A stretch of 63,914 nucleotides of DNA, counting the filler, from Psammoneis japonica (Eukaryota), in the NCBI GenBank assembly GCA_008632985.1. It is 4 parts of 4 records of this genome, joined end to end, with 100 filler letters (N's around TTAATTAATTAA, not from the genome) between each part and the next. Parts side by side here need not be neighbours in the genome. Positions count along the whole stretch, not along the records: positions 1 to 20,600 come from QPGO01000448.1; positions 20,701 to 41,081 come from QPGO01000449.1; 2 more parts are not named here. The stretch is one strand, 5' to 3'. Positions 13,666 to 25,900 of the stretch are shown here, in pieces (within the stretch, counting starts at the first letter, position 1; the number at the start of each line of letters is the position of its first letter). Below the pieces are notes generated by a model that was not told the DNA's origin, searched no databases, and saw only the letters and a list, made by a program, of their open reading frames with translations. Both the position numbers and the translations under genes were made by a program.

Positions 13666-14958
13666 GTGCTCAATCAAGAAGATGACAGCCCTCTTCATTC
13701 TGCCCTGTTCATCAATGGGCTTGAATTGTGCAAGGAATTGTTCATGTTCTTACCTGCCCAAATTGACGCCCTTGCTTGCAATGACGGCGCCAATGCAGCC
13801 CCTTTGCCACGGATCTACAGGAACCTCCTAGCAGCTTTGATCATTTTCTACTTTGTTGAAGCTCGCAACGGTGATGATGTGACCAATGAACCCCAGTTGT
13901 TCACACGCGAGGAATTTTGCTGCTGCCACCTGGGTCTGGACCACTTGACCTCTCTGGCCACTGGTGCAGCACCCTCCGCACCTGTGCTGAGTCCCTTGCC
14001 ATCCAAACCAGGTGAACCCAGCACCATTTTGACACCAGTCCCGCACTGTGCCACCATTCAGGTGTCTCCATTTTGTGGCAGCCTTGGCCTGGTGCAGGAT
14101 TTCAGCCCTCCCACAGGCCTGCACTCTAAGACCAGTTGGGACACTCCACCCACGGCTTCCAAAGCTGCAACCTTTGCACCCCGCAAACCATGTGCTGCCA
14201 ACCTCAACGTGTCAGCCACTGTCACCCTTCACGACCTTTGTTTGGCAAGTGATGGTGACATGAACTTGCCGCACGTTGACAACTTGCTTCTTGCATTTCC
14301 TGATGGGGAGTCTCCTGTTCCCATCATTGAATCTGTTCACAACAGTTCAATCAATTCATCAGATGGGGAGTTCAGGACATGCAAGCAGCTTTGTTGTCCT
14401 GAAGTCTCGCACCACGAGACTGGGCCTCCCGGTTGGATCCCTCAAGTCTCGCACCACAAGACCAGGCCTCCCGATTGGATCCCCCAAGTCTCACACCACA
14501 AGACCAGGCGTCCAGAGCCTCCCAATTGGATCCCCCAAGTCTTGCACCACGAGACTGGGCCTCCCGATTGGATCCCCCAAGTCTCGCACCACGAGACTGG
14601 GCACTCCGATTGGATCCCCCAAGTCTTGCACCATGAGACTGGGCGTCCAGATTGGATCCCCCACGTCTTGCACCACAAGACCAGTCATCACCCCGATCGG
14701 ACCTCTGAAGTCCTGCACTGCAGGACCAGTCACCCTGATTGGAGTTCCAAAGTCTTGTGCTGCCAGACCAGTTGTCCTGACTTGACCTCCGCAAGCGTGC
14801 ACCACAAGAGTTCTCTCTCCGATCGGATCCCTGAACCCTTGCACCTTGAGACTCATTGCTCCAATTGGATGACTGCAGGCTTGCACTGTGAGACCAGTCA
14901 ATCCTGCAGCAACAGTCTCTCAGGAGATGCAGCTGAGCTTGCAATCGGATTGATTTAG
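13666..14958 (+). pseudogene. Gag-like ORF of the non-autonomous LTR element, carrying 14-aa tandem repeats
   Basis: N-terminus (VLNQEDDSPLHSALF...QIDALA) resembles diatom Copia Gag starts. It is shared with the second copy (ORF 49876-50973). Confidence 0.5.
14402..14900 (+). repeat. 42-bp tandem repeat (QVSHHETGPPDWIP), each unit with a hairpin AGTCTCG-CACCA-CGAGACT
   Basis: About 6-7 good units followed by degenerate ones. About 4 units in the second copy at 50190-50355. Confidence 0.9.
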
Positions 14959-16546
14959 CACAAGACCACCACTTGTGTCTTGAGCTCATGCTTGCTCTGT
15001 TCCCCAAGTCATGCAAACACCATGCCACCCTGCTCAAGCATTGCTCTGCTTTTCTAGCAGCAGCCCAGTGTGACAGCCATTCCACGAACCAACAGACGGC
15101 TGTCAGTCTTTGCGACCTTCGCTCAGGGAGTGATGGTGATGTCAACTTGTCTGCATTGTCCTGCGATGCTGCCCCGCTGTTCCACATTGTCAACCAGACC
15201 AATCTTTGCTCCTTCCATTGAAAGTGCACATGTGGAGTTCCACAAGATCCCAAGTGTGCCTTGTGCTTTGACAAGTGCAATGGCATCTGCAATTGGGGAG
15301 ACACAGCCCATCTCGAGATGACCCATTTGGAGAATGCAACGTTGCTCCAGGATCTTGACCCTTTCTTGTCTCCTCATGTTTTTGTGCTTTGACTCCAAAG
15401 TTCTTTGCTCAATCCAAAGTCGAGTCTGTTTCTGTGGCTCCTCAAGCAAAATGGGGAGTGACAGGATTTGAACAGGATTTTGGGTGCGCGCGATTTGTCC
15501 CGCGCAATTTTAGTTTGTCAAGCACAGTTTTGTGTGCTCTTTAGTTCCGCGCGCATGCGCACGATGTAGTTTGCTTTCGAGCCACTCGGCTCACAAGAAC
15601 AATGACAATGGCCTGACTTTACGACCCACACGTCTTCGGCTCCTGTGACGGCATCTAGGTGGGATGCTCATCTGCTGTTCGACAGCAACAAGGAGCATTG
15701 TTTTGTCTCTTGCCACTTTCCTTCAATTTCTGTCAATTCTCAAGAGTGGGTGTTTCCAAAAATCCACGAGCGCAAGTCACGTGCATTTTTTTAAGAATTG
15801 TCAAATTTTGGCAAGATTCCTAGAATCCGCTTTTAAGGCATGCACACAACGAGCGCACAGCAGCACAATGTCAGACAGACGACAGTCGTGCATTTTTTGT
15901 GATTTGCGTGACAAATTGCCATTGACGCCAACGATGATGATGACAATTTTCAGACACTGACAGAGGACAACTTTGTGACAGGCACTTAATGCATTGATCA
16001 ATTGCACTGTGCAGAACACACATGTGCAAAGAAAGTCCCCTGGACGAACTCATGATCGTTCGACAATCGAGTGCATAAAACGACGGTCAAAAAACAGAGC
16101 TCCTTGTTGGTGTGACGTTTTGCGCTCTAATGGAGGTTGCTCGTGGGGACTTTCATGACTGAACACATTCTCAAATGCAATGAACTAAATGTCCATGATG
16201 ACAAAAGACTCTGGGGCACGTCGCTGTCATCGCCATCGTCACGACAATGCACCACTGTCACGTCGCCGATCATTGGCGACGAGGCGCGTAGCGCGCTGCG
16301 TGTTTCTCGCACAGCAGAAAATCCTGAAAAATCAAATTGTCGTGCCTTTGCCCTTGGTTCTGCAATCACCTTAAGAATTTTTGATTTTTTTAAAAATGCG
16401 TGCAACAGATCTTTTACGACCACATCATCATCATTCTCACAGAAGCTCACAACCACAAAATTGACATCATCTGCGGCAGCTGTCACCGTTCGTGGCGCCA
16501 CACACTCTAGAATCAACCAGTGCAGCACATTGTGAATGAACCAACC

Positions 16547-17085
16547 ATGGGCTTTGGAGATGATCTTGCATCGCGCCATGCTGCCAAGAAGGAGGAGTGG
16601 AACAACAAGGCAGAGGACGCAAATGAGGAAATTAAAGGAAATTTGCAAGAGGCAGGAGACCGGCACAAAGATGAGATCGATGATGCTGGAAAGGAAATCG
16701 CTGCCAAACATGGAAAAGGTGTGCAGTGTGCACAGTGCATTGTTGTTTGGCTTTTCGGTTGCTTCACAACTCATGTGCCCTCCTGCTTGATGACATCTTT
16801 GAATTTACAGAGGCGATTGAAGGCAAATTGGAGGATGCCAAGCAAGGTGTGAACGACGCAATCAAAGACACCACTCAGGGCTGGAAAGACAAGGTGACTG
16901 AGACCATGCAGGGCTGGAAGGACGATGCAAATGAGGCTGTGGAGGGTGCCAAGGAGAAGCACAATGACAAGAAGCAGGGTTGGAAAGACAGTGCCAACAA
17001 CTGGAAGGAGGGCATTCAGGGCGACCACAACAAGTGGAAGCAGGATGCCCAAGACAGTGTCGACGATGCGCTCCGTGATGACTGA
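16547..17085 (+). CDS. LEA-like hydrophilic helical-repeat protein with one intron (16719-16810), open but hypermutated
   Basis: ATG at 16547; GT(GTGC)...TTTACAG splice keeps frame into EAIEGKLEDAKQG. QGWKD-type 11-mer repeats; no Tyr. Confidence 0.6.
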
Positions 17086-17673
17086 TTGTGAAGCAGGAAA
17101 TCCATGTGGACAACAGGAAGCCAAGCATTAAATTTTGCACTGTGATTGTTAGCAACTTGCCAAGTTTGAAGTGGATTGAGTCACAAGTGCTGCATTTTTT
17201 GAGTTCGGCCCACCACCCAAAATCACTGCTGACTCTAACTTGCACTGTCCACCTCTGTCAAAAGTCACGCGTGGTCAGGACCACCTTGCAACTACACCTG
17301 ATGCCTGTTGCCCAAGGCAGGCCAAAATCAATGGCGCAAGAAACCAACTAAAAACTGCCGTGGCAACTGCGCAGTTTTGACAGCTGTTTTCAATTCGCAT
17401 TGGTCAACTGCGGCAAGCAGAATCTTCCAAGTGTCACAGTGACAAGCAAAATGGCAACACCAGCCAACACAGCCCATTCAGCCCATGCTGTGTCTCTTTT
17501 CAGATCAAAGACATTTCAAATGCAGAGCACCTTACAACATGGAATTACACTGCCCACTCTGCACATGACTTTCTTCAGGAAGACGTTTTTAAGTGGCACT
17601 CGACAACACGAGATAAGTCATTTTGTGACCCTGTGTTTCCCTTGTGAGTCTGCGCTGTGCATGTTGTTGCTCT

Positions 17674-18410
17674 TTAACTGATTCTGGCTGCTCCAACCAA
17701 GGCCAATAAAATCCAAGGCCTTTTTGCGATCGCTGCGGAGTTCACCCTTTTTGTGACAGAAACGCTGCTTGGCAACCCATCTAGCCGAGAGACGCGACAA
17801 TGACCATTTTCAAGCTTGAACTCTTTCAATCGTTGAAACTTTTCTTTCCACGCATCGTCCTTGTCTGCAAGGCGCTGCATCTTCCACACAAAGCCAATTG
17901 AATCCAAAGCTTGCTTGAGATCATGACGGAGCTTACCTTGGCTGTAGAGGTCACGCTGAGGCCGAACCCAAATTCCCAACATGGCATCTTTTCTGGCAAG
18001 CACAGGGACGCAACAGTGACCGTTCTCCATCTGGCACACTTTCAGCTGTTCAAGCTTCTCTCTCCAAGACAAGTCACCACCACAATCGCTGGATCTCTTT
18101 GCAGTGCTTGCAACGACTCTGCGGTGCTTGTGAGTGCTGTCGTTGTTGTGCTCTTCAGCACTGTCCTCCATGATGGTTCTCTTTGCAATGCTCGCGACTC
18201 TACGGTGCCTGTGAGTGCTGCCAATGGCTCTCTTTGCAATGCTCATGACTCTGTGTTGCTTGTTGTGAGCACTGCTGATGCCATTGCTGCACTCTTCAAC
18301 ATTGTCCTCTGGAGAAGCCTTGCCGACGTTTTTCTGGAAGGAGGGTGTTTTGTTGTCTGACTCTTCACAGAAACACACGACAGCCGCCAATGGTCTGTCG
18401 CGCATCATGA
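17674..18410 (-). pseudogene. Helicase-associated (HA) domain repeat protein
   Basis: WREKLEQLKVCQMENGHCCVP...LGIWVRPQR...ALDSIGFVW, followed by a second WKEKFQRLKEFKLENGHC repeat. Confidence 0.8.
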
Positions 18411-18756
18411 AATCACTGCTGTTGTTCTCATTGAGATTGTTTTCACACTCAGTTTGACTCACAGAACTTTCACTCATTGCAAGTGCACCGACTGTTGGCA
18501 AGTGCACCGGCTGTTGGCAAGTGCATTTGCAGTTCATGCAATCACAATGATGGAGCCGTGTTGTTTGACAGCTGTCCCATGCAGCACAGTGGCGTGCCAT
18601 CACACCAATTGCACATTGGTCTGTTCTGCACCATGCGGGCATTTTGCTTAAAACGTGTTAATTTCGCGTGACAACATCATTTTGAAAAAACTTGTGTCAT
18701 CGTCACAGCCGTTGTGATGCGCAATGTGAGTCACGTTTTGTCAAAACGCCACCTTT

Positions 18757-18915
18757 TGCTCAAACATGTCCATGTTTGAGAAAACGGGACTCAATGTTTG
18801 AGGAATTGCTCAAACTTTGAGCAACATTGAGCACTTGCTCAAACTTGCTGCTCAAACTTGGCAAGTTTGAGCAAACACTCCAACTTGTGCAAAGTTTGAG
18901 CAGTTGCTCAAACAT
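18757..18915. repeat. Cluster of TGCTCAAAC/GTTTGAGCA motifs in both orientations
   Basis: Roughly ten copies forming short hairpins, e.g. TGCTCAAACTTTGAGCA and CTCAAACATGTCCATGTTTGAG. Confidence 0.8.
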
Positions 18916-19464
18916 GCAAAATTGATGCTGTGATGTGCGCTGCAGTGCCGGGTGCAAAACCGCTGTGCAGCACCGGCAATGCGTTCCAGCTCTGGGTGGG
19001 ACCTCGTGCTGCTGAACTGTGACATCGACAGTTTGTTGGATTGTGTCACATGTCGCGCACGTAGAAAGGTGCGTGACTTTTTAAAAATTTTGGGTCATTT
19101 TGTGGTGCACTCATTGAGCAATCCGTCCAACAACTTTTGACATTTTTTGTTGCAGCGCGATTCTACAATGTCTTAAAAATTGCGTGGGGCAGGCACACTT
19201 GCAAAAACGTTGAGTGGTGAGAGGCACAATGGTGCCACAAACTTGGTCGTTCATTTGATGTTGAAGACAAATGTGTCCATTGGTCAAATTCTCATGCTGC
19301 GGAGCTTGCACACGCAGAATTCCGTGGGCCCAATGTCACACGGAGTCCCACCTGGGACTGGAACCCGTGCGGCCTGCTTGTGCTGTGCTGTGCTGCACTT
19401 GCTGTGCGCAACACAATTGTCACTTTCACTGCATGCAGGTGTCAGTGCAAAGTGTGTTCAATGA

Positions 19465-20600
19465 AGTTCACCCTTTTTGTGACAGAAACGCTGCTTTGGC
19501 AACCCATCTAGCCGAGAGATGCGACAATGACCATTTTCAAGCTTGAACTCTTTCAATCGTTGAAACTTTTCTTTCCACGCATCGTCCTTGTCTGCAAGGC
19601 GCTGCATCTTCCACACAAAGCCAATCGAATCCAAAGCTTGCTTGAGATCATGACGGAGCTTACCTTGGCTGTAGAGGTCACGCTGAGGCCGAACCCAAAT
19701 TCCCAACATGGCGTCTTTTCTGGCAAGCACAGGGACGCAACAGTGACCGTTCTCCATCTGGCACACTTTCAGCTGTTCAAGCTTCTCTCTCCAAGACAAG
19801 TCACCACCACAATCGCTGGATCTCTTGCAGTGCTTGCAACGACTCTGCGGTGCTTGTGAGTGCTGTCGTTGTTGTGCTCTTCAGCACTGTCCTCCATGAT
19901 GGTTCTCTTTGCAATGCTCGCGACTCTACGGTGCCTGTGAGTGCTGCCAATGGCTCTCTTTGCAATGCTCATGACTCTGTGTTGCTTGTTGTGAGCACTG
20001 CTGATGCCATTGCTGCACTCTTCAACATTGTCCTCTGGAGAAGCCTTGCCAACGTTTTTCTGGAAGGAGGGTGTTTTGTTGTCTGACTCTTCACAGAAAC
20101 ACATGACAGCCGCCAATGGTCTGTCGCGCATCATGAAATCACTGCTGTTGTTCTCATTGAGATTGTTTTCACACTCAGTTTGACTCACAGAACTTCACTC
20201 ATTGCAAGTGCACAGACTGTTGGCAAGTGCACCGCTGTTGGCAAGTGCATTTGCAGTTCATGCAATCACAATGATGGAGCCGTGTTGTTTGACAGCTGTC
20301 CCATGCAGCACAGTGGCGTGCCATCACACCAATTGCACATCGGGTCTGTTCTGCACCATGCGGGCATTTTGCTTAAAATGTGTTAATTTCGCGTGACAAC
20401 ATCATTTGAAAAAAACTTGTGTCATCGTCACAGCCGTTGTGATGCGCAATGTGAGTCACGTTTGTCAAAACGCCACCTTTTGCTCAAACATGTCCATGTT
20501 GAGAAAACGGGACTCAATGTTGAGGAATTGCTCAAACTTTGAGCAACATTGAGCACTTGCTCAAACTTGCTGCTCAAACTTGGCAAAGTTTGAGCAAACA
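19465..20600. repeat. Near-identical direct copy of 17739-18877 (HA gene plus motif cluster) ending at a scaffold gap
   Basis: Sequence identity by eye. Differences are mostly 1-nt indels plus a few CG/TG changes. Confidence 0.9.
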
Positions 20601-20700
20601 NNNNNNNNNNNNNNNNNNNNNNNNNNNNNNNNNNNNNNNNNNNNTTAATTAATTAANNNNNNNNNNNNNNNNNNNNNNNNNNNNNNNNNNNNNNNNNNNN
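20601..20700. other. Scaffold gap with artificial TTAATTAATTAA linker (also at 41082-41181 and 61566-61665; plain N gap at 62597-63373)
   Basis: N runs with an identical central six-frame-stop linker. Confidence 0.97.
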
Positions 20701-21069
20701 GTTCACAATCTTGCCAAAGCCGAGCGCCTTCAAAGCAAGAGAGCCCGTATTTGTACACTGGAGAATCAAGAGAATGCTCTCTAGAAGTTTGATTCCTAGA
20801 GATTGTAGCATGGCTGTTGATCGTGTGGTGATCTGCTACACTTGTGGGAATATTATCCGTCTCATCTTATTTGATGGGACGGCAGCAAGCTGTACCGGTA
20901 AAAACACTGTTTCTCTGAAACTCAAAACCGTTTTTTGCGTCATCATGGATAGTTTGCATGCGTGAATTTCGAACAAGAGTTTGCGTGCGCTGCACATTAC
21001 GCGTGTTAACTGCTTCGAATAGCTGATGCCAAAACAGGACCACTATGCAGGCAGACTTCTTGCAACTAA

Positions 21070-21790
21070 CTAGTACTTGCCATCCTGCTCGGTTTTCGAT
21101 AACTTCTCCCCTTGGTCGAGTTTCTTCTGGAGGGACGCTTTGATTTTGTGATTCCCCTTCTTAACCCCTCCTCCGTACGTCATACAGCTTTTCTTGGTTA
21201 CAAACGAGAACGCATGATTTATATTTTGCTCTCCACACCAATAGACAAGTCTCGTCATTCTGTCTCGATGGCCCTTGGTCTACTACGAAAAACGAAAAAG
21301 AACTTTGGAATGGGTGAACGAATCCGGTGTTGTGACTAAAGAAGAAGTATTGAAAGGTTACCTTGTTCACTCACGTTTTCGCAAAATGTCATCCATTGCT
21401 TAAGTAGGGCCTACAGGGGCACGTGGCATGGACTCAGAAACATAACCGGCAAAAAGACTTTGCCCCACTTCGCAAATCCGATTTGGCCAAACTCTGTCCG
21501 CACATCATCCAGTATTTCTGAGAGAATTCTCTCCTTCTGTTCTTCAAACTCTCGTTTCATAGCATCTCGTTGTTGCAAGAGAATTTTGATTCTTTCTGAC
21601 GCGTACTGGTTCCGCCTGTTTCCTTTTCTCACGACCGTTGTCCTTCTTGGCTGCTGAGGCTGACTTTCCCTTCTTACCAGCCTTTCTCGGTTTAACCCTT
21701 CTCGTTGACATTGTCTTCGGTCCCCATGCTCAAAGACTTGTTCGGCTCCTCAGGAAGATCTTCCGCTCAAGCTGCAATCGACGTTGCTTT
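21070..21790 (-). pseudogene. PWWP-like domain gene fragment
   Basis: FGQIGFAKWGKVFLPVMFLSPCHVP and LVYWCGEQ...AFSFV in neighbouring ORFs. Interrupted. Confidence 0.4.
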
Positions 21791-21959
21791 GATTTTCTCA
21801 AACTGCCTCTTCCTAGTGGTGCGCGCGCGAAGTTCACGTGCAACGTCACCCAGTGGCGCGGGGGGAGGGACAGACGCGGGGCAATGGCGGAACTGCTGCT
21901 GAGTCATGCAGGTGGGAAAAGAGATGGATTTCGAGTTGGGGTTTGATGTTTGCGATTGT

Positions 21960-22600
21960 AGTTTGGTGGAGTAGCGGGTTAGTTGGTCAGCGAGCGATTT
22001 GGCAATTGCGAGGCTCAGGCTCTGTAGACCCCATTGTGACGGTGTTGAGGAGTGGTGGGTCAGGCCAAAGCGCTTGGCAGAGATGGTTTGCCAGGTGGCG
22101 GCGGCAGGGAGGATGGCAGACGGGGATTGTTGGGCGTAGGCATGTGCGGCGTGGGCAGCTGGGTGTTGAAAACAGGTTTCGGTGTTCCAAGGTGGGGCAG
22201 GTGGAGCAGAGCTGGGGAGGTCTTGGTTGGTGCCAAAACGAAGGTGGTGTGGGCGAAGCAGCCTGGAGCTCCTGGGTGGTCGATGCGCAAAGGGAATGAG
22301 GGATGCTGGCGTTGTCAAGGGCAGATGCAAGGGTTGCTTCGTGTTGGGTCTCCTGGGTTCCGTTGAAATTCCGTTTTGTGCTCGCATGGTGTGCCTTGGC
22401 ATGAGGGTTGAGGGTGGGGGCAGGCAAGCCAGGAGCAGGCAATGGGGGAGGTTTAGGGACAGTGACGTCAATGGCGAGGCATCGGAGGCCGAGAGGGGAN
22501 GGCAGTAGAGGCGGCTGGGGTAAGTTGGATGCGAATGAAACCAGAATTCCAGAATGGCTGGGCAGTGGGCAGCGGGCGGGCGGCAAAAACTGACATCCGT
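21960..22600 (-). mobile_element. 3' fragment of a non-LTR retrotransposon with a restriction-like endonuclease
   Basis: LAIDVTV motif, LIPF.IDH.G..G, and FGLTHHSSTPSQWGLQSL across shifted frames. Strongly C-rich coding strand. Confidence 0.45.
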
Positions 22601-22957
22601 GCGCGGTTGATGGACAGGCCGAGTAGCTCTACCGGTAGAGTTTTCAGTTTCAATTTGCCATTCGACTCACTCTTCCTTTTCGGTCTAAGACCTACTGTAG
22701 ACTAGTAGAGGTAGTCATTGCTACTAGAGGGTTAAAAGTCATTTTTACTACTTTCAGTCCCAATCGGAAAGGGAAAATCCAAGGGCTGCAGCTCAACCAC
22801 GCAACGGCATCCACCTATTGTCTCTGCGGCTAGAGTGCCAGCTCTACGAGTTGAGACTAGCCTATGTTACCACCCTAAGCTCTCCTCTACAAAAAGAAAA
22901 GAGTCATCGATTGTAAGGATGTGTCAGGAGCTCATTTCTTTTAGAATTCTTGGTTCG

Positions 22958-25900
22958 CTACAAAAAATGAGCCGCATGAACTTCCATGTCCTGAAGTTCC
23001 TCTACGTAGGTCCTTCCCATCCCAGATGTCGCCATACCACCACTAAAACTCAAAGGAGCCCCAGTGGTTGCATCCACGGCCAACACGGTGTACCGAAGCT
23101 CACAGGTCAAGATTGCTGTCCCGTCGATTCGTTGTGGGGCGGCTGTCAAGGCACACCAGGCACACCCGGTAGAATTAAACGGAAGCGCCTTGAGTGGTAC
23201 CTGCAAAGTCGGCTGAATCGCTTCTTCCGAAGACTCAGCGACAACAAACGCGACATCACCCAAAGTCCTTCCTTCAATTGCCAAGGCTGAATTTGTAATC
23301 TTTGCTTGAATCACGAGATGGCGAGCAAAGAAATGCTTGACAATCATCACCTCGGGAAAGGTCGGAGACGCAGAGTTCGCCGGTCGGGCTCTAAAAGCTT
23401 TGGAGGAATGAAGCGGTTCTCCCAAGTTGAGTGAACGGAGGGCAGGGACAGCGTGAAGACTTGACTGTGATTTGATCTGTGCGTCAGTGAGCTGTCTCTT
23501 TAGCGACACATATTTTGCTCTCAAGAGCGCAGCAGTAACAGTCAAACGGCGAACCTGAGATTCACTGTCAACCAGTGCCGGAATCAGAAATGGCCTTGCT
23601 ACAGCAGAGACTGGGACATGATGAGGCAACAAGCGAAGAGCAGCCGCCCTATCGATTGAGCTTCGTCGAAGAGCCAGGACCTGAATGGCAGCAGTGATTC
23701 CCCGTTCCGTATCTGGATCAGACTGCAGGGCCACGCGGACGAGCGGCAGATATGCACAGCTAGCTTGTTCCGGTGGCGCAACACCACCCCTCTTGTTCTT
23801 CTCGATTTCATTCCGCGCACGCTGGTACTCGTATCGAGCGTCACAGTATTCCAAAGCTAAGTCCAGGCTCCGCAAGTCACAGTATAAAATCCGCAAAGCA
23901 TCGTCGTGTCGATCGAGCCGACCCAAAAGCAACGCATGCTCTTGCAAGAATGAGGATGGTAATGAAGCAAGCAGGCGTTCAGAATGCACCATTGTGTTTG
24001 GCCAGCGCAAAAGTCGTCGCAGCTTTCCCCTATATAATTGACCCAGTTCAGTATCTGTGTCATTGTCTTCGTCACCACGCTCTGCAATAATGCCTTCGAG
24101 GAGCAAGTAGGACAACTCATCATGCAAATTAGCAATTCGTTCCTCAAAGCCCTCGTCTCGTGGGAGATTATCAAACACGTCTTCTGTCGTTGGTCGACCT
24201 GTCGAAATCCCAATCGCTGATTCCATGTATGTAACGGCCAATGCCCTGCCCGATTCGAGCGGGAGTGGAGCGAGTCCTTCGGTTAGTGGTTTGGCATCAT
24301 CACCATTGTCCTTCATGGACACTGGCGTGTCTGGAGCTTCGTACGGAACTGCAGGTTTCACACTCTTCAACAGCTCCACCACTTGCATTGGATACGATGG
24401 ATGAGCCAATGGATCGTCTCGGGCAGGCATGGACTTCCACTGACCTTCATTCTGAGGGTGCATGGCTGTAAAGACGCTAAGCCCCAACCTGGGATTGCTT
24501 TCCAATAAACGTCGCGTTGCACTTGACTGCAACACCAGTCGACAGCCCTGATCTTCGCGGCTAGCCCAAATCTCGCTTAAATGTGTCGCTGTATAGGACT
24601 CGTACTTGATTTGCGACCAAGCTCCACCAAAGGAGCGACCATCATCATTGCTCGACTCCTGATGGAATCGATCGTGCAATTCTTCAATAGCCCGCTCGTG
24701 CCGGCCGCATGCACGGAGCAACCAAATGGCAGCCTCTGTAAACTCCGTACCCGGCGTGCTGGTCGCCGCCTTGTGACTGGGTGTAACGGGAGTCGGCGAC
24801 GAGACGGCCAAGAGCGAAAAGCTATGCGCAGCCTCCTTTAACAATTTGTCAGCCACTTTTTCGCACACCGTGACAGCCGGCATGCCAACGGTGGAGCCGG
24901 CAAAGGCAACGCCCACTTTGGAACAAGAAGCCACGGCGGCGCGGTTGGCCAAGGCCGAGTTGGGTGGAGTCAATTGAGAACAAACAAGACACAGGAGCGC
25001 TGTTCCAGACACCAAGGTGGCAGGCGACGTCGAGGATGCCACCAAGGACGAGGAGTCTTGCCCCGACGACGATGTCGCGGTTGCGGTACGTCCAGCTTCA
25101 TCAAAGGCTCCGTAGTGACCGCCATCCTTTACTACAACAGCAGCAACCGTCTCGGTAAGCCAACCGGATGTGGCTCCGTTTTCAAAATCTGCCAAACCCA
25201 ACACCGCCTCGAGGTATTGACGCAAGAGCGCTCGTGACGCAGCCGTTGGTTCGGGGCCCACGTACGATGTCGACGTGAAGGATGCATTGACCGCCTCGGC
25301 CAGCTCGGACCGAGGAAATCCGTTCGAACCAAACGCATCAATGGCGAGCCTCATCATTCGATCCGCAAGATCCTAAATGCACATAGAACAAAGAGTTTCA
25401 GGAACAGCAAACAATCAGACACACTGCAATATACTTCCAAACACACCTGAGCTGTATCGGGCTGACACTGGAGAATCTTGGCCTCTCCCGAGTGAGACGC
25501 GGCAATCAACCACGGTTGTTGCAACGTGGAATGACCGGTTGGTTCAACATCGTGCAAGGACCGCAATACAAAATAGTCATTGGGCCGCGTCCCCACTTCC
25601 ACAGTCCGCAGTGGAATTGCCATGCACGAGGGTGACCGAATGGAAATCAAACCATCGCTCGTCAACACCGCCACCCACGGCCACGACGGTGCCGCTGCCA
25701 AAATGGGACTCGCCAACGTGACGGACCCGTGACGGGGAGGACCACACGAGACACTGCCGCCACCGCCAAGCGGCGTGGCATGGTACAAGACATCCACTAC
25801 AGCACACTCTCGACCACTGGCGACAAACATACAAGACCATCCCGGATCTAACGATTGGTCCAAGACATCTACAACCAAAACGGGATGAACTTGTGATGAT

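Larger units (their letters stand above)
12436..15735 (+). mobile_element. Complete non-autonomous LTR retroelement with 277-bp LTRs and 5-bp TSD ATTCT
   Basis: LTRs 12436-12712 and 15459-15735 (TGACAG...CTGTCA). ATTCT at 12431-12435 and 15736-15740. PPT AAAATGGGGAG before the 3' LTR. No RT or IN motifs inside. Confidence 0.95.

Noticed and set aside
14402..14900. Hairpin-containing repeats resembling a CRISPR array
   Set aside because: Units are contiguous with no unique spacers, keep the reading frame, lie inside an LTR element, and no cas genes are present.
1..20600. Many long overlapping Cys/His/Met/Trp-rich ORFs on both strands, resembling metal-binding proteins or an alternative genetic code
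   Set aside because: Loss of TpA removes TAA/TAG stops and, with CpG decay, inflates TG/CA codons. Neighbouring host genes use the standard code normally.
19465..20600. Recent tandem duplication of the HA gene as a biological novelty
   Set aside because: It ends at a gap and differs mainly by single-base indels, so it may be a haplotype or assembly duplication.
20601..20700. TTAATTAATTAA motif recurring three times
   Set aside because: It is an artificial scaffolding linker inside N gaps.
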